Below, piece by piece: positions 44,042-53,362 of a DNA stretch of 53,362 nt. The notes under the pieces are model-generated. The model searched no databases. It saw only the letters and a list, made by a program, of their open reading frames with translations, and was not told where the DNA came from. Position numbers and translations under genes: made by a program. The DNA lies in IMG/VR virus record IMGVR_UViG_3300044707_001188, positions 1 through 53,362 of that record. One strand, written 5' to 3'. Source of the DNA: a virus (Duplodnaviria > Caudoviricetes). Each line of letters opens with the position of its first letter. Positions within the stretch are counted from its first letter, which is position 1.

Positions 44042-46369
44042 TCACCTGCCAACTGCCCTCAGCAACTGGCCTGGTCGCCTGATGGAGGCCACCATTTCTG
44101 CCTCAACCAGGCCCGCCTCGATCAGGGTTTGAAGCACACCATCCCGCTGGCGGCTGTCCATGAACTGCGTGCGACGCGTGAATTCGCTGCGCAACATGCC
44201 GGCATCGCCTGCATCGCGAAGCAACTTGAGCGCCCGCTTGTGATGCTGCTCGATGGGGTTCTCCGACACCCTGGCGTCGGCCTCTCGCATGGCGTACTCG
44301 GCGCAGTGCTTTGCGATCAGCAGCCCCCACTCGGCGTCGTGGTCTTCGATCTGCGGGTTCACGGCGTCGCGTGAGACCGAGCGGATCAGCGCCAGCTTGG
44401 TCGCGTGCTCCTCGATCCGCGCCAGGATGGACGCGTTCGCCGTGCCCCGCGCTCCGCGCAACCGCACCATGATCGAGCGGTCCAGCGCCTGGAACACGGC
44501 GCGCGCCTGTGGCGTCATGCGCACCACGCGCGGATCGACCGTCACCTGGTTGATGGCTCCGCAGTCGGCGAGGTTGCCATTGAGCTTGCCCCCGCCCTCA
44601 TGGATCGCGATCAGTCGGCCGATCACATCCTGCGGCGGGTCGACCACGCCGAACTGCTCATTGCTGTCAGGGAAGTCGTCCTCGCTCTCCACGATCAGAA
44701 ACCGCGCCAGCGAACCGTCGGCCACGTTGGCCGCCTGCAGCGCCTGCCAGAAGTGCAGCGGCGTGGTCGTGCCGTAGACGCACAAGCACGGCTGGTGGAT
44801 CAGCCGGTGCGCGTCGTTGTGCTTTGCACTCGCGTACTCGATGCCGAAGTAGGTCGTGCCGGCCGTCGTGAACAGCTCCGTCATCAAGTCCAGGATCTCG
44901 GTGACGAATCGGGGCGAGCCCTTGCGGTCGGCCGCTGCGGCCAGGAACATCCCGAACTCGTCCAGTTGGAACAGGATCGAGGGCTGGCGCACCATGGCCG
45001 TGAGCAGCCCGGAGCCCGAGGCGATCTTGTTCCCGCCGATGTACTGCGTGAGCCCGGCGCGGCCAAACAGCTCGTTGATCACTACCCGGGCGTGGTTCTT
45101 GCCCGCTCCGCTTTCGGCGATACCGACCATGTAGAGGTTGGACCGCACGTTGGTCTCGGTGCGGTACTTGCGCCCCATCAGCGCGCCGACAGCGCACAGG
45201 CTGGCCGCGAGAGCCAGCACCGGCTGCGGACGCTTGGCCGTGATGACCATCAGATTGATCATGTCGGCGATCACGCCGCCAACGTTGTCCCAGCCTGGGG
45301 GCATGGGTATCCGCGGCGGCGGACCAGGCGGTGGTGTTGACGGCGGTGCCGGTGAAGCAGCCACAGGCGCGACGCCGACGGACCTAGTGGGCAACGAGTC
45401 CAGCAGCGCCCTGGCCGGGTGCTCTTCTGCCACCGGGATCTCGCCGTTGAGCTGAAGGTGAGGGGCGGGTTGCCAGCCTGCGTCGAGCGCAAGCCCGTAG
45501 ATCGTGCCTGCGCCAATGCGCTCAGGCTCGAACCCTGCCCAAGCCTTCGCCGTGACCGCAGGTCGGTTCTTGGCCGACGTGGCGGACCACGCTTCGAACA
45601 GACACGCCCCCTCATCGCCGAGCGCACCCTTGATCGCCATGCCGATACGCACCCAGCTGTCGTAGTCCAGGTCGGCGTTGGCGATGTGGGGCAGCGCCGA
45701 CTCGACCGCTTCGAAGGTGCCCCGCAGTTCGGCCTTCGCGAGGGTCACCCCTGCGTCTCGAGGCCGTGTCGGCAGGCCAACCGGTCGATGCTCCGGCGGC
45801 ACCAGCTCGATGGCCTGCGCAACGAAGGCGCGCACCTGCTCTTGCGTGACCGTTGGCAGATCCGACAGATCCACATCCGCGAGACTGGCCACGGGCCAGT
45901 CATAGGGCTTGCCGGTGTCGGGGTGCAGCGCATAGGCGACGAACTGCTGCCCGACGCCGAGAACCTCGATGGGGTGCTGCTTGAAGCCCCGGAAGGGTTC
46001 TGCAGCCCGGTAGACCAGCAGCCGCTTCGGCGCACGCCCGATGCGCACGGCCGGCGTCTGGCCGAGCTCGCGCATGGCCAGTGCCTGGATCGCGTCGGCG
46101 ACTTCCGGCGAGTGCACCACATCGATGTCGATGCCGATCACATTGCCTGCCGCAATACCGACGCCGGCCTCCGGCCAGCTCGCCCAGACGGAGACCTCGG
46201 ACTCGGTGGTATCGCGCTCGCAGTGCCGCGACCACTGGGCGTAGCCGTGCCAGGCGTTGCGCGAGTAGGCGCCGGGGCTCTTGGCTCCAGGCCGGATGGG
46301 GAGGATACGGTAGCCGCGGTCGACCAGCGTCGGCCCGTACCGGGCCATGAAGTCGGCCTGAACCGTCAC
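44042..46369 (-). CDS. Primase-helicase (Prim-Pol, PriCT-2, DUF3987-like P-loop)
   Basis: GTG 46369 with GAGGAG; IGIDID; DYDSWVRIGMAIK..WS; AESGAGK, LDEFG, DGSLARF. Confidence 0.9.
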   Translation of the reverse strand: MTVQADFMARYGPTLVDRGYRILPIRPGAKSPGAYSRNAWHGYAQWSRHCERDTTESEVSVWASWPEAGVGIAAGNVIGIDIDVVHSPEVADAIQALAMRELGQTPAVRIGRAPKRLLVYRAAEPFRGFKQHPIEVLGVGQQFVAYALHPDTGKPYDWPVASLADVDLSDLPTVTQEQVRAFVAQAIELVPPEHRPVGLPTRPRDAGVTLAKAELRGTFEAVESALPHIANADLDYDSWVRIGMAIKGALGDEGACLFEAWSATSAKNRPAVTAKAWAGFEPERIGAGTIYGLALDAGWQPAPHLQLNGEIPVAEEHPARALLDSLPTRSVGVAPVAASPAPPSTPPPGPPPRIPMPPGWDNVGGVIADMINLMVITAKRPQPVLALAASLCAVGALMGRKYRTETNVRSNLYMVGIAESGAGKNHARVVINELFGRAGLTQYIGGNKIASGSGLLTAMVRQPSILFQLDEFGMFLAAAADRKGSPRFVTEILDLMTELFTTAGTTYFGIEYASAKHNDAHRLIHQPCLCVYGTTTPLHFWQALQAANVADGSLARFLIVESEDDFPDSNEQFGVVDPPQDVIGRLIAIHEGGGKLNGNLADCGAINQVTVDPRVVRMTPQARAVFQALDRSIMVRLRGARGTANASILARIEEHATKLALIRSVSRDAVNPQIEDHDAEWGLLIAKHCAEYAMREADARVSENPIEQHHKRALKLLRDAGDAGMLRSEFTRRTQFMDSRQRDGVLQTLIEAGLVEAEMVASIRRPGQLLRAVGR

Positions 46370-46641
46370 TGGCGCTCCTCCTTGTCGGTCTTCTCGCGGG
46401 TCGGCAACCGGCATCCTGGTCGGACACCGTCGACGAACCCGTCGATGCCCCGGTGGAAGGTGGTCCCTGGGTGCAGGCAGCGGAAATGCGCGATGCGCGA
46501 GCGCTGGAACTCGGGCGTGCAGTCCTCGCAGAACTCGCTCGGGCCTGGTCGCACGCGCACTGTCATCGACTTCCACGCTCGGTACTGGCGGGCGGAGGAA
46601 AAGCACGGCGGCACGCCGTGCGAGCTGGGGATTGCGCTCAT
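46366..46641 (-). CDS. Small Cys-containing hypothetical protein
   Basis: ATG 46641, GTGA-coupled to primase; PPCF..FCEDCTPE..RC. Confidence 0.6.
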   Translation of the reverse strand: MSAIPSSHGVPPCFSSARQYRAWKSMTVRVRPGPSEFCEDCTPEFQRSRIAHFRCLHPGTTFHRGIDGFVDGVRPGCRLPTREKTDKEERQ

Positions 46642-46654
46642 GGCGGGCCTTTCT

Positions 46655-46978
46655 TCAGATCGGGGGGTCATCGGCGTACGCCCTGCGCAGGGTGTCCTGG
46701 TACTCGGTGACGATGACATCAACGAGCCGACCCCACTCCTGCTCCGACCAAGTCGTCAGGTCGGTTCTTGACAGCAACTCGACATAGGCGCCGCCCGCCT
46801 GGGATGCCGCGTCCAAGGCGGCCGCCTCGTGCTTGTTCGGGTTGATCATTCCTTTGAGCCTCGCAGCAATGTCCATGCAGCGCATGGAGCACAACTTCAC
46901 GGTGGGCGCGGCCACCCGGATGAGGTGCGGCGCGAAGCCGAACCCCCGGGCGTCGCGCCGGCAGATAGCGCACAGCAT
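46655..46978 (-). CDS. DUF6511-like protein with N-terminal Cys knuckle
   Basis: CAICRR..CSMRC; E.AA..A..GG.Y....TDL..W..W; TGATG-coupled to helicase. Confidence 0.7.
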   Translation of the reverse strand: MLCAICRRDARGFGFAPHLIRVAAPTVKLCSMRCMDIAARLKGMINPNKHEAAALDAASQAGGAYVELLSRTDLTTWSEQEWGRLVDVIVTEYQDTLRRAYADDPPI

Positions 46979-48552
46979 CAGAAACGCGCGCCGACGACCT
47001 TCGTGTACTGGCCGTCTGGGCGCACCTTGATGTGGGTGGGCACGCGCAGTCGGTCGCGCATCGCCAGCGCGTCGACTACGCGGGCAGGTACAGGCATGCC
47101 GGGCGCCCTTGTCGCCCACCAGCCGCGCGCCACCTTGCCGGGGAACCCATCGTGCTCCAGGCAGACGAACTCGCTATGCCGGGCCAACCCGCTGTGGTAG
47201 TCCACGCGCATGCTGGGGGGCTTGCCCGGCTTGCGGTGCAGCGAATAGCTCACACCCGTCACACGTACCGCCTGCGGTTCCGGCGAGCTGACGACCTCTA
47301 GTTCACTGGCCTCGGGATCGATCTTGGGCGGCGCCCTCATGAACACATGGCCGCAGTCCGGGCATTCGCACAACGCCGCGTGAATGATCGAATCGCACTC
47401 GGGGCACACCTTCGTCGGTGCAGCACCACCGCCGTCGCCGGGTTTACCGCGAGGCCTGACGACGTCGATGGGGCCGTGCCTGGCGATGTTGCCCGCGAAG
47501 TCCAGCACCAGGCAGTTCTTCTTGCCCGGTGAGAGGCGACTGCCTCGGCCGACCATCTGCACGTACAAACCTGTGGACTGCGTAGGACGAAGCATCGCGA
47601 TCAAGTCCACCGCCGGGGCGTTGAAGCCGGTGGTCAACACGTTCGCGTTGGTCAGGCACTGGATCTCGCCGGCCTTGAAAGCAGCGATCAGGGCTTCGCG
47701 CTCCGGGCCCGGTGTGTCCCCGACGATGGTCGCGCAGCTCACGCCGCGCGCGAGGATGGCATCGCGGACGTGGTGAGCGTGTCCGACGCCTGCGCAGAAG
47801 ACCAGCCAGCTGCGCCGGCCGTGGCTGTACCGGAAGATCTCGTCGACGGCCGCCTGCGTGATCACGTTGGTGTCGACCGCACGCTCCAACTGCTTGCCGA
47901 TGAAGTCGCCACCGCGCGAGCCGACACCGCGAACATCAAGCTGCGTCTTCGTGCGCTTGGACACCAGCGGGCTGAGGTAGCCACCGTCGATCAGTCTGCG
48001 CACCGAGACGTCGTAGGCCACATCCGTGAACAGCGCGCCCTTCCCCTCGTGGAGCTTGCCCGAGTCAAGCCTGTACGGCGTCGCAGTCAGGCCGATGATC
48101 TTCAGCGAGGAATTGATGCCCTGCAACTGGCCGAGGAAGCGTCGGTACATCGCGCTGTCACTGCGCGGGATGAGGTGAGCCTCATCCACCAGGACCAGAT
48201 CGACGTGACCGATCTCGTCTGCCCGCCGCTGCACAGACTGGATGCCGCAGAACAGGATGCGTGCACGAGACTCGCGCCGGCGCAGCCCGGCCGAGTAGAT
48301 GCCGGCCGGGGCCTCGGGCCACAGTCGCATCAGCTCCGCATGGTTCTGCTGAATCAGCTCGCGCACATGGGTGACGACGAGGATGCGCTGGTCGGGGTGT
48401 TCACGCAGAACGCCCTCGATGAACGAGGCCATCACCAGCGACTTGCCGCCGGCCGTCGGGATGACGATCAGCGGGTTGCCGCTGTGGTGTTCGAAGTAGC
48501 CGTAGAGGCTGTCGATCGCCTCGGCCTGATAGGTTCGCAGCGGGAGCTTCAT
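46978..48552 (-). CDS. SF2 DEAD/DEAH helicase (RadD/YejH-like) with Zn ribbon
   Basis: LRTYQ, PTAGGKS, DEAH, TATPYR, LTTGFN, QMVGRGSR, CPEC..CPDC. Confidence 0.93.
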   Translation of the reverse strand: MKLPLRTYQAEAIDSLYGYFEHHSGNPLIVIPTAGGKSLVMASFIEGVLREHPDQRILVVTHVRELIQQNHAELMRLWPEAPAGIYSAGLRRRESRARILFCGIQSVQRRADEIGHVDLVLVDEAHLIPRSDSAMYRRFLGQLQGINSSLKIIGLTATPYRLDSGKLHEGKGALFTDVAYDVSVRRLIDGGYLSPLVSKRTKTQLDVRGVGSRGGDFIGKQLERAVDTNVITQAAVDEIFRYSHGRRSWLVFCAGVGHAHHVRDAILARGVSCATIVGDTPGPEREALIAAFKAGEIQCLTNANVLTTGFNAPAVDLIAMLRPTQSTGLYVQMVGRGSRLSPGKKNCLVLDFAGNIARHGPIDVVRPRGKPGDGGGAAPTKVCPECDSIIHAALCECPDCGHVFMRAPPKIDPEASELEVVSSPEPQAVRVTGVSYSLHRKPGKPPSMRVDYHSGLARHSEFVCLEHDGFPGKVARGWWATRAPGMPVPARVVDALAMRDRLRVPTHIKVRPDGQYTKVVGARF

Positions 48553-49493
48553 GCGCAGACCTCCATTTGCTTGTCGGACCCCTGGTCGCGCCAGCACTGA
48601 CCGTCAGGGAATTCGTACTCCACCCAGTCGTCGCCAGCGTCGATCTGCTTGCCGGGCACCAAAGCCGGCAGGTACAGGTGGCGCTCGCAGCCCTGGCGCT
48701 GCTCTGCCATCGGCAGGGGCCTGTCGTGGCGGTCGCAGTGCCACCCCCCATCGACCGGCGTGGCACTCAGGCAGGTGCGGCAGTTGACCGACGCTGGCTG
48801 CTGCCCGTGGCAGATGTCCCGGTAGTCGCAGAACCGACACTGGAACCAGGTCGGGTCGTCGCTAAGCCTGGGCGCGGGCGCACTGGCCGAGATGACCCGA
48901 GCCGCCTTGTCGAGCAGGCCTTGTGCGAGGGCCGGGTCCGCGGGTACGCGCTCGACGTGGATGTCGTCGGAATCCTTGCACACGGCGACGTACATCGCCC
49001 ACTGCAGGCCCGACAGGTGAAGGTAGGTCTGCATCTGCGCGTGGTGCTGCGGCTTGCTCACCTTGACGCCACGCACCTGCAGGTCGCCGAAGCTCTTGAC
49101 GCCATGCGTCTTGAACTCCACGACGTGCCAGGTGCCAGGGTCCTCGAGCAGGCCGTGCGCGATGGCATCCATCGAGCCGCCGAAATGCCCGCCGTGCGTC
49201 TCGACCCGGAACTGCCGTCCGGTGTCGGGATCGACTTCGAGCACGGTGGCGCCGGTGCGCCGAAGGTTGCGCACCAGGCGCGCCTCCTCCAGTTGTCCGG
49301 TCTCGAACAGACGCAGGATGCGCCCCGGGAACTGCGTGGCCTTGGCCCAGCGAAATGCGTACCAGAGCGCACGCTCGCACTCCGTGCCGATCAAGGACGC
49401 CCCCAAGTGCGGACGCCTGCCGTCGCCGGCGTCGACCTCGTAGTTGCGGAAGATCGCCTCACGGGTCGTGATGGGGTCGATAGCCTCAGTCAT
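48549..49493 (-). CDS. Cas4/AddB-like PD-(D/E)XK exonuclease
   Basis: LGAS.IG..C.R; D..EFKT; QMQ.Y; CRFC..C; GGAGG RBS, ATG 49493. Confidence 0.88.
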   Translation of the reverse strand: MTEAIDPITTREAIFRNYEVDAGDGRRPHLGASLIGTECERALWYAFRWAKATQFPGRILRLFETGQLEEARLVRNLRRTGATVLEVDPDTGRQFRVETHGGHFGGSMDAIAHGLLEDPGTWHVVEFKTHGVKSFGDLQVRGVKVSKPQHHAQMQTYLHLSGLQWAMYVAVCKDSDDIHVERVPADPALAQGLLDKAARVISASAPAPRLSDDPTWFQCRFCDYRDICHGQQPASVNCRTCLSATPVDGGWHCDRHDRPLPMAEQRQGCERHLYLPALVPGKQIDAGDDWVEYEFPDGQCWRDQGSDKQMEVCA

Positions 49494-49869
49494 GGGGTAC
49501 CTCCAGTGCTTGCTCATGGAGCTTGCGCGCCCTGGCCAGCGCCCGGGACCACGACGCTTCGTCATAGTCCTCGCGCAGCACGCTGATCAGCACATCTTTC
49601 AAGCCGTCGCGGCGCGCGGGTCCAAGCAGCCGCTCGAGTTGAAGTTGCACCATCGCGATCTCTCTTCGCTTGTGGCGCAGCGCCGTGCTGGCGCGGTGAA
49701 ACCAGTCCGGGTCGGCGTTTATCTTCTCGGCCTGCCGTCGCAGGTCGCGCGTGGAAATCTCGATGCGGATGGACCGCAGCTCGTCGTGGAGCTCGACCAG
49801 TCGAGCCCGACACCCTTGCGGCGTGTCGGGCAGACCAGCCACCGATTCAGAGGTGGCGAAGTCATGCAT
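49486..49869 (-). CDS. Hypothetical helical protein
   Basis: Coupled within the replication operon. Confidence 0.7.
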   Translation of the reverse strand: MHDFATSESVAGLPDTPQGCRARLVELHDELRSIRIEISTRDLRRQAEKINADPDWFHRASTALRHKRREIAMVQLQLERLLGPARRDGLKDVLISVLREDYDEASWSRALARARKLHEQALEVPHD

Positions 49870-49881
49870 GTGCCACCCCCG

Positions 49882-50403
49882 TCAACCCTGGCGCTTCCAG
49901 GGCAGGCTGCGAGGCGCCTGGGTCGGCTGAGCAGCAGATGCCGGTCCGGGAGGCGTCGACGGTGCCGGCCGTGGTGCAACCGGAGTCGGCGCCGGTCCAC
50001 CCAGTTGGGCACGCGGCAGGAAACGCTTGACCGAGTTGCGTTCGTCGTAGCCGTTCTTGGCGGGTTCGACGCGCACGTCGGCGATCAGCGGGATGTGGTG
50101 CAGCTGCTCCGAGGAGGTCACCTGGGCCTTGCCCACAGCACGACAGATGCTGGAAAGCGTCTGCTCGGCGTACTGAACCGTCCTCGGGTTGTCGTTGGTC
50201 AGATTCAGCCGCTCGAACACCTTGCGACCGGTGTGCTGCCCCTCGATGATCTCAAGTTCAATTTCCAGGTACTCCCCGCGTCCGTCCCTCGTCGGGCGGA
50301 ACTCGCTGCGGACGATGTGCGCTGGGTACTGGCCGGCAGGCAGTGGCGTGTACTGCGGCGCCGGGATGGAGGAAGCGTCGAACGGGAAAGCGAAGTTAGG
50401 CAT
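49882..50403 (-). CDS. DUF669 family ssDNA-binding protein
   Basis: PLPAG.Y...I..SE, G..L.....I.EG.H.GRK.F..LNL, C-term PWKR. Confidence 0.88.
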   Translation of the reverse strand: MPNFAFPFDASSIPAPQYTPLPAGQYPAHIVRSEFRPTRDGRGEYLEIELEIIEGQHTGRKVFERLNLTNDNPRTVQYAEQTLSSICRAVGKAQVTSSEQLHHIPLIADVRVEPAKNGYDERNSVKRFLPRAQLGGPAPTPVAPRPAPSTPPGPASAAQPTQAPRSLPWKRQG

Positions 50404-50429
50404 GTGAAGATCCTTGTAGATGGTGTCGA

Positions 50430-51221
50430 TCAGACGGCTGCACTGGGCGCCGTGTCGAGGTCGATGAGCAGCGGCTGCAGGGCAGCGGGCATCGCCTGGG
50501 CAAAGGCGTGCCAGTCCAGGGGCAGCGTGTCGGGCAGGCCGTAGCGGTTCTTGGCGATGAACGCCGGGCGCTCGGTGGTGTGGATCAGGCGTTCGCCCGA
50601 GCCCACCGCGCGGTTGACCCGCTTGCTGAAGCCGACGTCCGACCGGACCGTGGAGACCCTGTAGTTGGCGAACAGGATCACGTCAGCGTGTTCCTGCACC
50701 AGGGCGGCCGCTCGCGTGTGCAGCTTGATGCCGTACCGGTCGAAGGGCTCGTGCTCCGGGCTGTCGAACCGCCGGATCTCGGAGTGCGCGGTCTGCACCA
50801 CCGTCATCCCGCGTTCGTCGCGCAGGGCGTTCAAGCCGTCGAGGTACTGGCGCCAAAGCGCCAGCGCAGCGATGTAGCCCTTGCCGTAGCCGGGTTCCTC
50901 GATCGAGGCCCAGCCATTGTCCCGACAGGCCTTGGCCTGGATCAGCGGCTCCAGCCAGTCCAGGCTGTCCACGACGACGGTGCGGAAGTCGTGGTCATCG
51001 CTGTACAGCGACGCCAGGTGGCCCATGACGTCGTCATAGCTGCGCGCCAGCGGGAAGTGATCCACCTGGCACATGCCCAGACCGTCCTCGGTCGGGATGA
51101 CCACGGGCCGGAGCGCCGACGCGCCGAACGTCGTCTTGCCGACGCCGGACACGCCGAAGATGATCATCCTCGGCGGCTGTGGCCCGCAGGCCTGCGCTAT
51201 TCGGGTGAGCGGCACCTTCAT
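50430..51221 (-). CDS. AAA_24 / Sak4-like ATPase (recombination)
   Basis: GVSGVGKT, VVDSLDWLE, GYGKGY, AH, AKNRY; ATG 51221. Confidence 0.9.
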   Translation of the reverse strand: MKVPLTRIAQACGPQPPRMIIFGVSGVGKTTFGASALRPVVIPTEDGLGMCQVDHFPLARSYDDVMGHLASLYSDDHDFRTVVVDSLDWLEPLIQAKACRDNGWASIEEPGYGKGYIAALALWRQYLDGLNALRDERGMTVVQTAHSEIRRFDSPEHEPFDRYGIKLHTRAAALVQEHADVILFANYRVSTVRSDVGFSKRVNRAVGSGERLIHTTERPAFIAKNRYGLPDTLPLDWHAFAQAMPAALQPLLIDLDTAPSAAV

Positions 51222-51321
51222 GGCTGCACCCCCTTCCCGTCGTCCGGCCCGGCCCGACCACACTTGTGCGAAGGCATAGCTCCGCCTGCCCCCTGCGGGG
51301 CATCTCGATGAGTACGCATGG

Positions 51322-51735
51322 TCAGCCTCCTAAACGGAGGCTGGGGTCAGCCGTCTTCTTGGACTCCAGGCCGTTGCGCTGGACGGCGCGGATCAGGCCC
51401 AGCATGAAGGTCGGCACACCACCGATGGAGATCGGCTTGGGGAGCCTGCCCTCCCGAACCCACCGCCAGACGGTAGTGCGATGCACGCCGCCGAGCAGCT
51501 CGGCTGCGACGGGAAGCCTGACGGGATGGGAGTCTGGAAGGGTGTCGAGGTGCGGCGCCAAACCGCGCACGGCGGCTGACGGCCCGCGTGACGGGCGAGC
51601 AGAGGCTGCGAGCGCGTGCTCACACTTGTTCTGACGAACAAGATCGCTTTCAGCACCGACTTTTTGCGGTGCAGGATCAACAAAATCAAGTGTCAAAAGA
51701 CACCTCCGAATCACATTACGCAAACGGAGGCACAA
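51322..51735 (-). CDS. AlpA/excisionase-like HTH protein (start uncertain)
   Basis: VRLP.AAELLG.VHRTTVWRWVREGRLPKPI.IG; follows integrase; no convincing start codon/RBS near the domain. Confidence 0.7.
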   Translation of the reverse strand: MCLRLRNVIRRCLLTLDFVDPAPQKVGAESDLVRQNKCEHALAASARPSRGPSAAVRGLAPHLDTLPDSHPVRLPVAAELLGGVHRTTVWRWVREGRLPKPISIGGVPTFMLGLIRAVQRNGLESKKTADPSLRLGG

Positions 51736-52126
51736 AAAGCACTGGGTCTTCGTCGTGAATTCGTTGCTCTAAGCGCGAATTAAACGTAAAGTCTGCACTG
51801 TCTTCCGGACAGTGGTGCTTTAGTGCCACTTCGCCCAGCCCTTTCGTGTCACCGATCGGGCCGGGCACCTCACACCTCTGGACGCCCTGCAAAGGGTCGT
51901 CCTGCGAAGTGCTGGGCAGCATCATACCGACGACTTCCCCTTGCTTCAAGACACTAGGGGTGGGTTTCCACACCCTAGCCCCGGCCGGGTGAGCGCGCCG
52001 CGATTACTGGGTGTTCATCCAGTAGCACAGCGCAGCAGCGGGATTCATCTCGGCGAACGGATCAGCGCTCTCTTGGCGGATAGCAGACCTAAAGTTGACT
52101 TTAATTGTCGGATTTTGGGTGACCAT

Positions 52127-53362
52127 TCAGGGCTTGGACTGGTCTGGCGGCCGGCTTTCCGGCGTAACTGTGCCTGACTCACAGTACCGGCCCCAGTCTT
52201 CCATCAGCTCCCGCCGCTTGTCCAGCATGTCCCCCCGACGGTAGGCTGCTTCAACCGCATTGCCGACCGCGTGCGCCAGCGCCAGCTCGGCTGCGGCGTG
52301 AGGATGGTTCGTCGCCTCGGCGGCCCAGTCCCTGAACGAGGAGCGGAAGCCATGCGGCACGGCTGTGAGCTTCATGCGCCGCATCACAGCCGCCAGGGTC
52401 ATGTCCGAGAGCTTGACCCCCTTGAACGGCGAAGGGAAGACGTACCTCTCCTCGCCCCTGGGGAGAGCCTGGAGCAACTCGAGGGCAGCGCTCGACAGCG
52501 GCACCCGGTGTTCGCGCCTCATCTTCATGCGCTCACCCGGAACGGTCCACAGTCGCTGGTCCAAGTCAACCTCGTCCCAGATCATGCCGCGAACCTCCCC
52601 GCTGCGCGCTGCCGTCAGGATCGCGAACTCCAGTGCCCAGGCTGCGATACCCGGACGCAGTCGCAGGTCGACCATGAACTTCGGCACCTGGCGCCAGGGG
52701 ACGGCCTCATGGTGCTTGACCGGCGCGACCTTCGACGGCTTGGGGAAGATCTTGTCCAAGGCCCCGACCCAGCGCGCAGGGTTCAAGCGGTCGCGCTCCG
52801 CGAGCGCATCGGCGGCACTGATCACACGTTCGATCCGCTCGCGAACGCGCGTGGCCGTCTCGGTCTTCGTCGTCCAGATCGGCTTCAGCACCTCGACGAT
52901 GTGCGCCGTGCGGATGTCACCGACCGCCAGCTTGCCGATGATTGGGCTGGCATAGGTGGCCAGCGAGTTGGTCCAGATCTGAACCTGCCTCGGATGCGAC
53001 CACTCCGAAGCCTGCGATTCGATGTAGGTCTTGGATGCTTCGTCGAAGGTCACCGCCGCAGCGGCTTCGGTCGCGCGAGCGGCCGCTTCAGCACGCCTTG
53101 CAGCTATCGGATCTTCTCCTGCTGATGCCTTACGGCGCAGTTCCCTGGCGCTCTCGCGAGCCTCGGCAAGCCCTACCGCGGGGAATGATCCCAAGCCCAC
53201 ATCGCGGCGCTTGCTGTTGACCGAGATCCGCGCAATCCACGAGCGCGACCCGGTCGCACCGACGACAAGATGAAGCCCGGGGGCTCCTCCGACAGCGTGC
53301 ATCCCAGGCTCACGCAGCCTGCTCACGGCCATCGCGCTGAGCTCACGTGCGATCTTCGGCAT
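52127..53362 (-). CDS. int: Tyrosine integrase, P4/IntA type with N-terminal arm-binding domain
   Basis: GL.L.V...G.RSW..R, LG.FP.V.LA.AR; catalytic R (TAARSGE), K, HGFR, H, Y (AAYRRG) present. Confidence 0.96.
   Translation of the reverse strand: MPKIARELSAMAVSRLREPGMHAVGGAPGLHLVVGATGSRSWIARISVNSKRRDVGLGSFPAVGLAEARESARELRRKASAGEDPIAARRAEAAARATEAAAAVTFDEASKTYIESQASEWSHPRQVQIWTNSLATYASPIIGKLAVGDIRTAHIVEVLKPIWTTKTETATRVRERIERVISAADALAERDRLNPARWVGALDKIFPKPSKVAPVKHHEAVPWRQVPKFMVDLRLRPGIAAWALEFAILTAARSGEVRGMIWDEVDLDQRLWTVPGERMKMRREHRVPLSSAALELLQALPRGEERYVFPSPFKGVKLSDMTLAAVMRRMKLTAVPHGFRSSFRDWAAEATNHPHAAAELALAHAVGNAVEAAYRRGDMLDKRRELMEDWGRYCESGTVTPESRPPDQSKP

Larger units (their letters stand above)
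32..53362 (-). mobile_element. Temperate podovirus-like prophage (integrase through giant virion protein); att sites not visible in window
   Basis: Co-oriented integrase, replication, packaging, portal/capsid, lysis and ejection genes with many ATGA/GTGA/TGATG overlaps; no tape-measure or sheath gene recognised. Confidence 0.95.

Noticed and set aside
46370-46606. N-terminal extension of primase in the ORF track (also extensions of endolysin to 24091 and pilot protein to 18634)
   Set aside because: They overlap real upstream genes; coupled starts with an RBS exist at 46369, 23572 and 18406
48549-49493. Cas4-like gene as evidence of a CRISPR system
   Set aside because: Stand-alone nuclease in a phage recombination/replication operon; no cas1 or array
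51691-51696. TTGACA as the early sigma-70 promoter
   Set aside because: No acceptable -10 hexamer at 16-18 nt spacing; cannot be supported
51716-51973. 85-aa ORF between int and AlpA as a repressor
   Set aside because: No HTH or other motif, atypical composition, no clear RBS

Overview
The window is almost entirely one temperate phage (prophage) genome of high GC content. It runs from the start codon of a P4-type tyrosine integrase (right edge) to the stop codon of a ~4,930-aa polyvalent/DarB-like virion protein (left edge). All phage genes lie on the minus strand. Order: int, AlpA/Xis-like HTH, Sak4-like ATPase, DUF669 SSB, Cas4-like exonuclease, SF2 helicase, PrimPol-helicase, AT-rich putative origin, RuvC-like resolvase, wHTH regulator, terS/terL, portal, scaffold, CsrA-like protein, N4-gp56-type major capsid, adaptors and fibres, a holin/SAR-endolysin/spanin cassette, tail, GNAT, ejection proteins, giant polyvalent protein. 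The virion module resembles Bcep22-type podoviruses of Betaproteobacteria (my inference, not a search result). The only plus-strand gene is a low-GC moron between terL and the portal operon (subtilase + Ig-like + 7 delta-60 repeats + dockerin-like tail). Signals not explained by the gene calls: (1) a CsrA-like gene next to a capsid-mRNA leader that can fold either as an RBS-blocking stem or as a GGA-loop hairpin; (2) an exact 11-bp motif in front of five late genes/operons; (3) a T2SS-secretin N0-like domain on an ejection protein; (4) RBS-equipped +1-frame ORFs nested in linkers of the giant gene; (5) a recurrent LxNxA junction motif between its domains; (6) an 11-bp-phased ACGA array before the tail-tip gene. 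No CI-type repressor, att site, tRNA or CRISPR array is visible. All family calls come from motif recognition by eye; no database searches were run.
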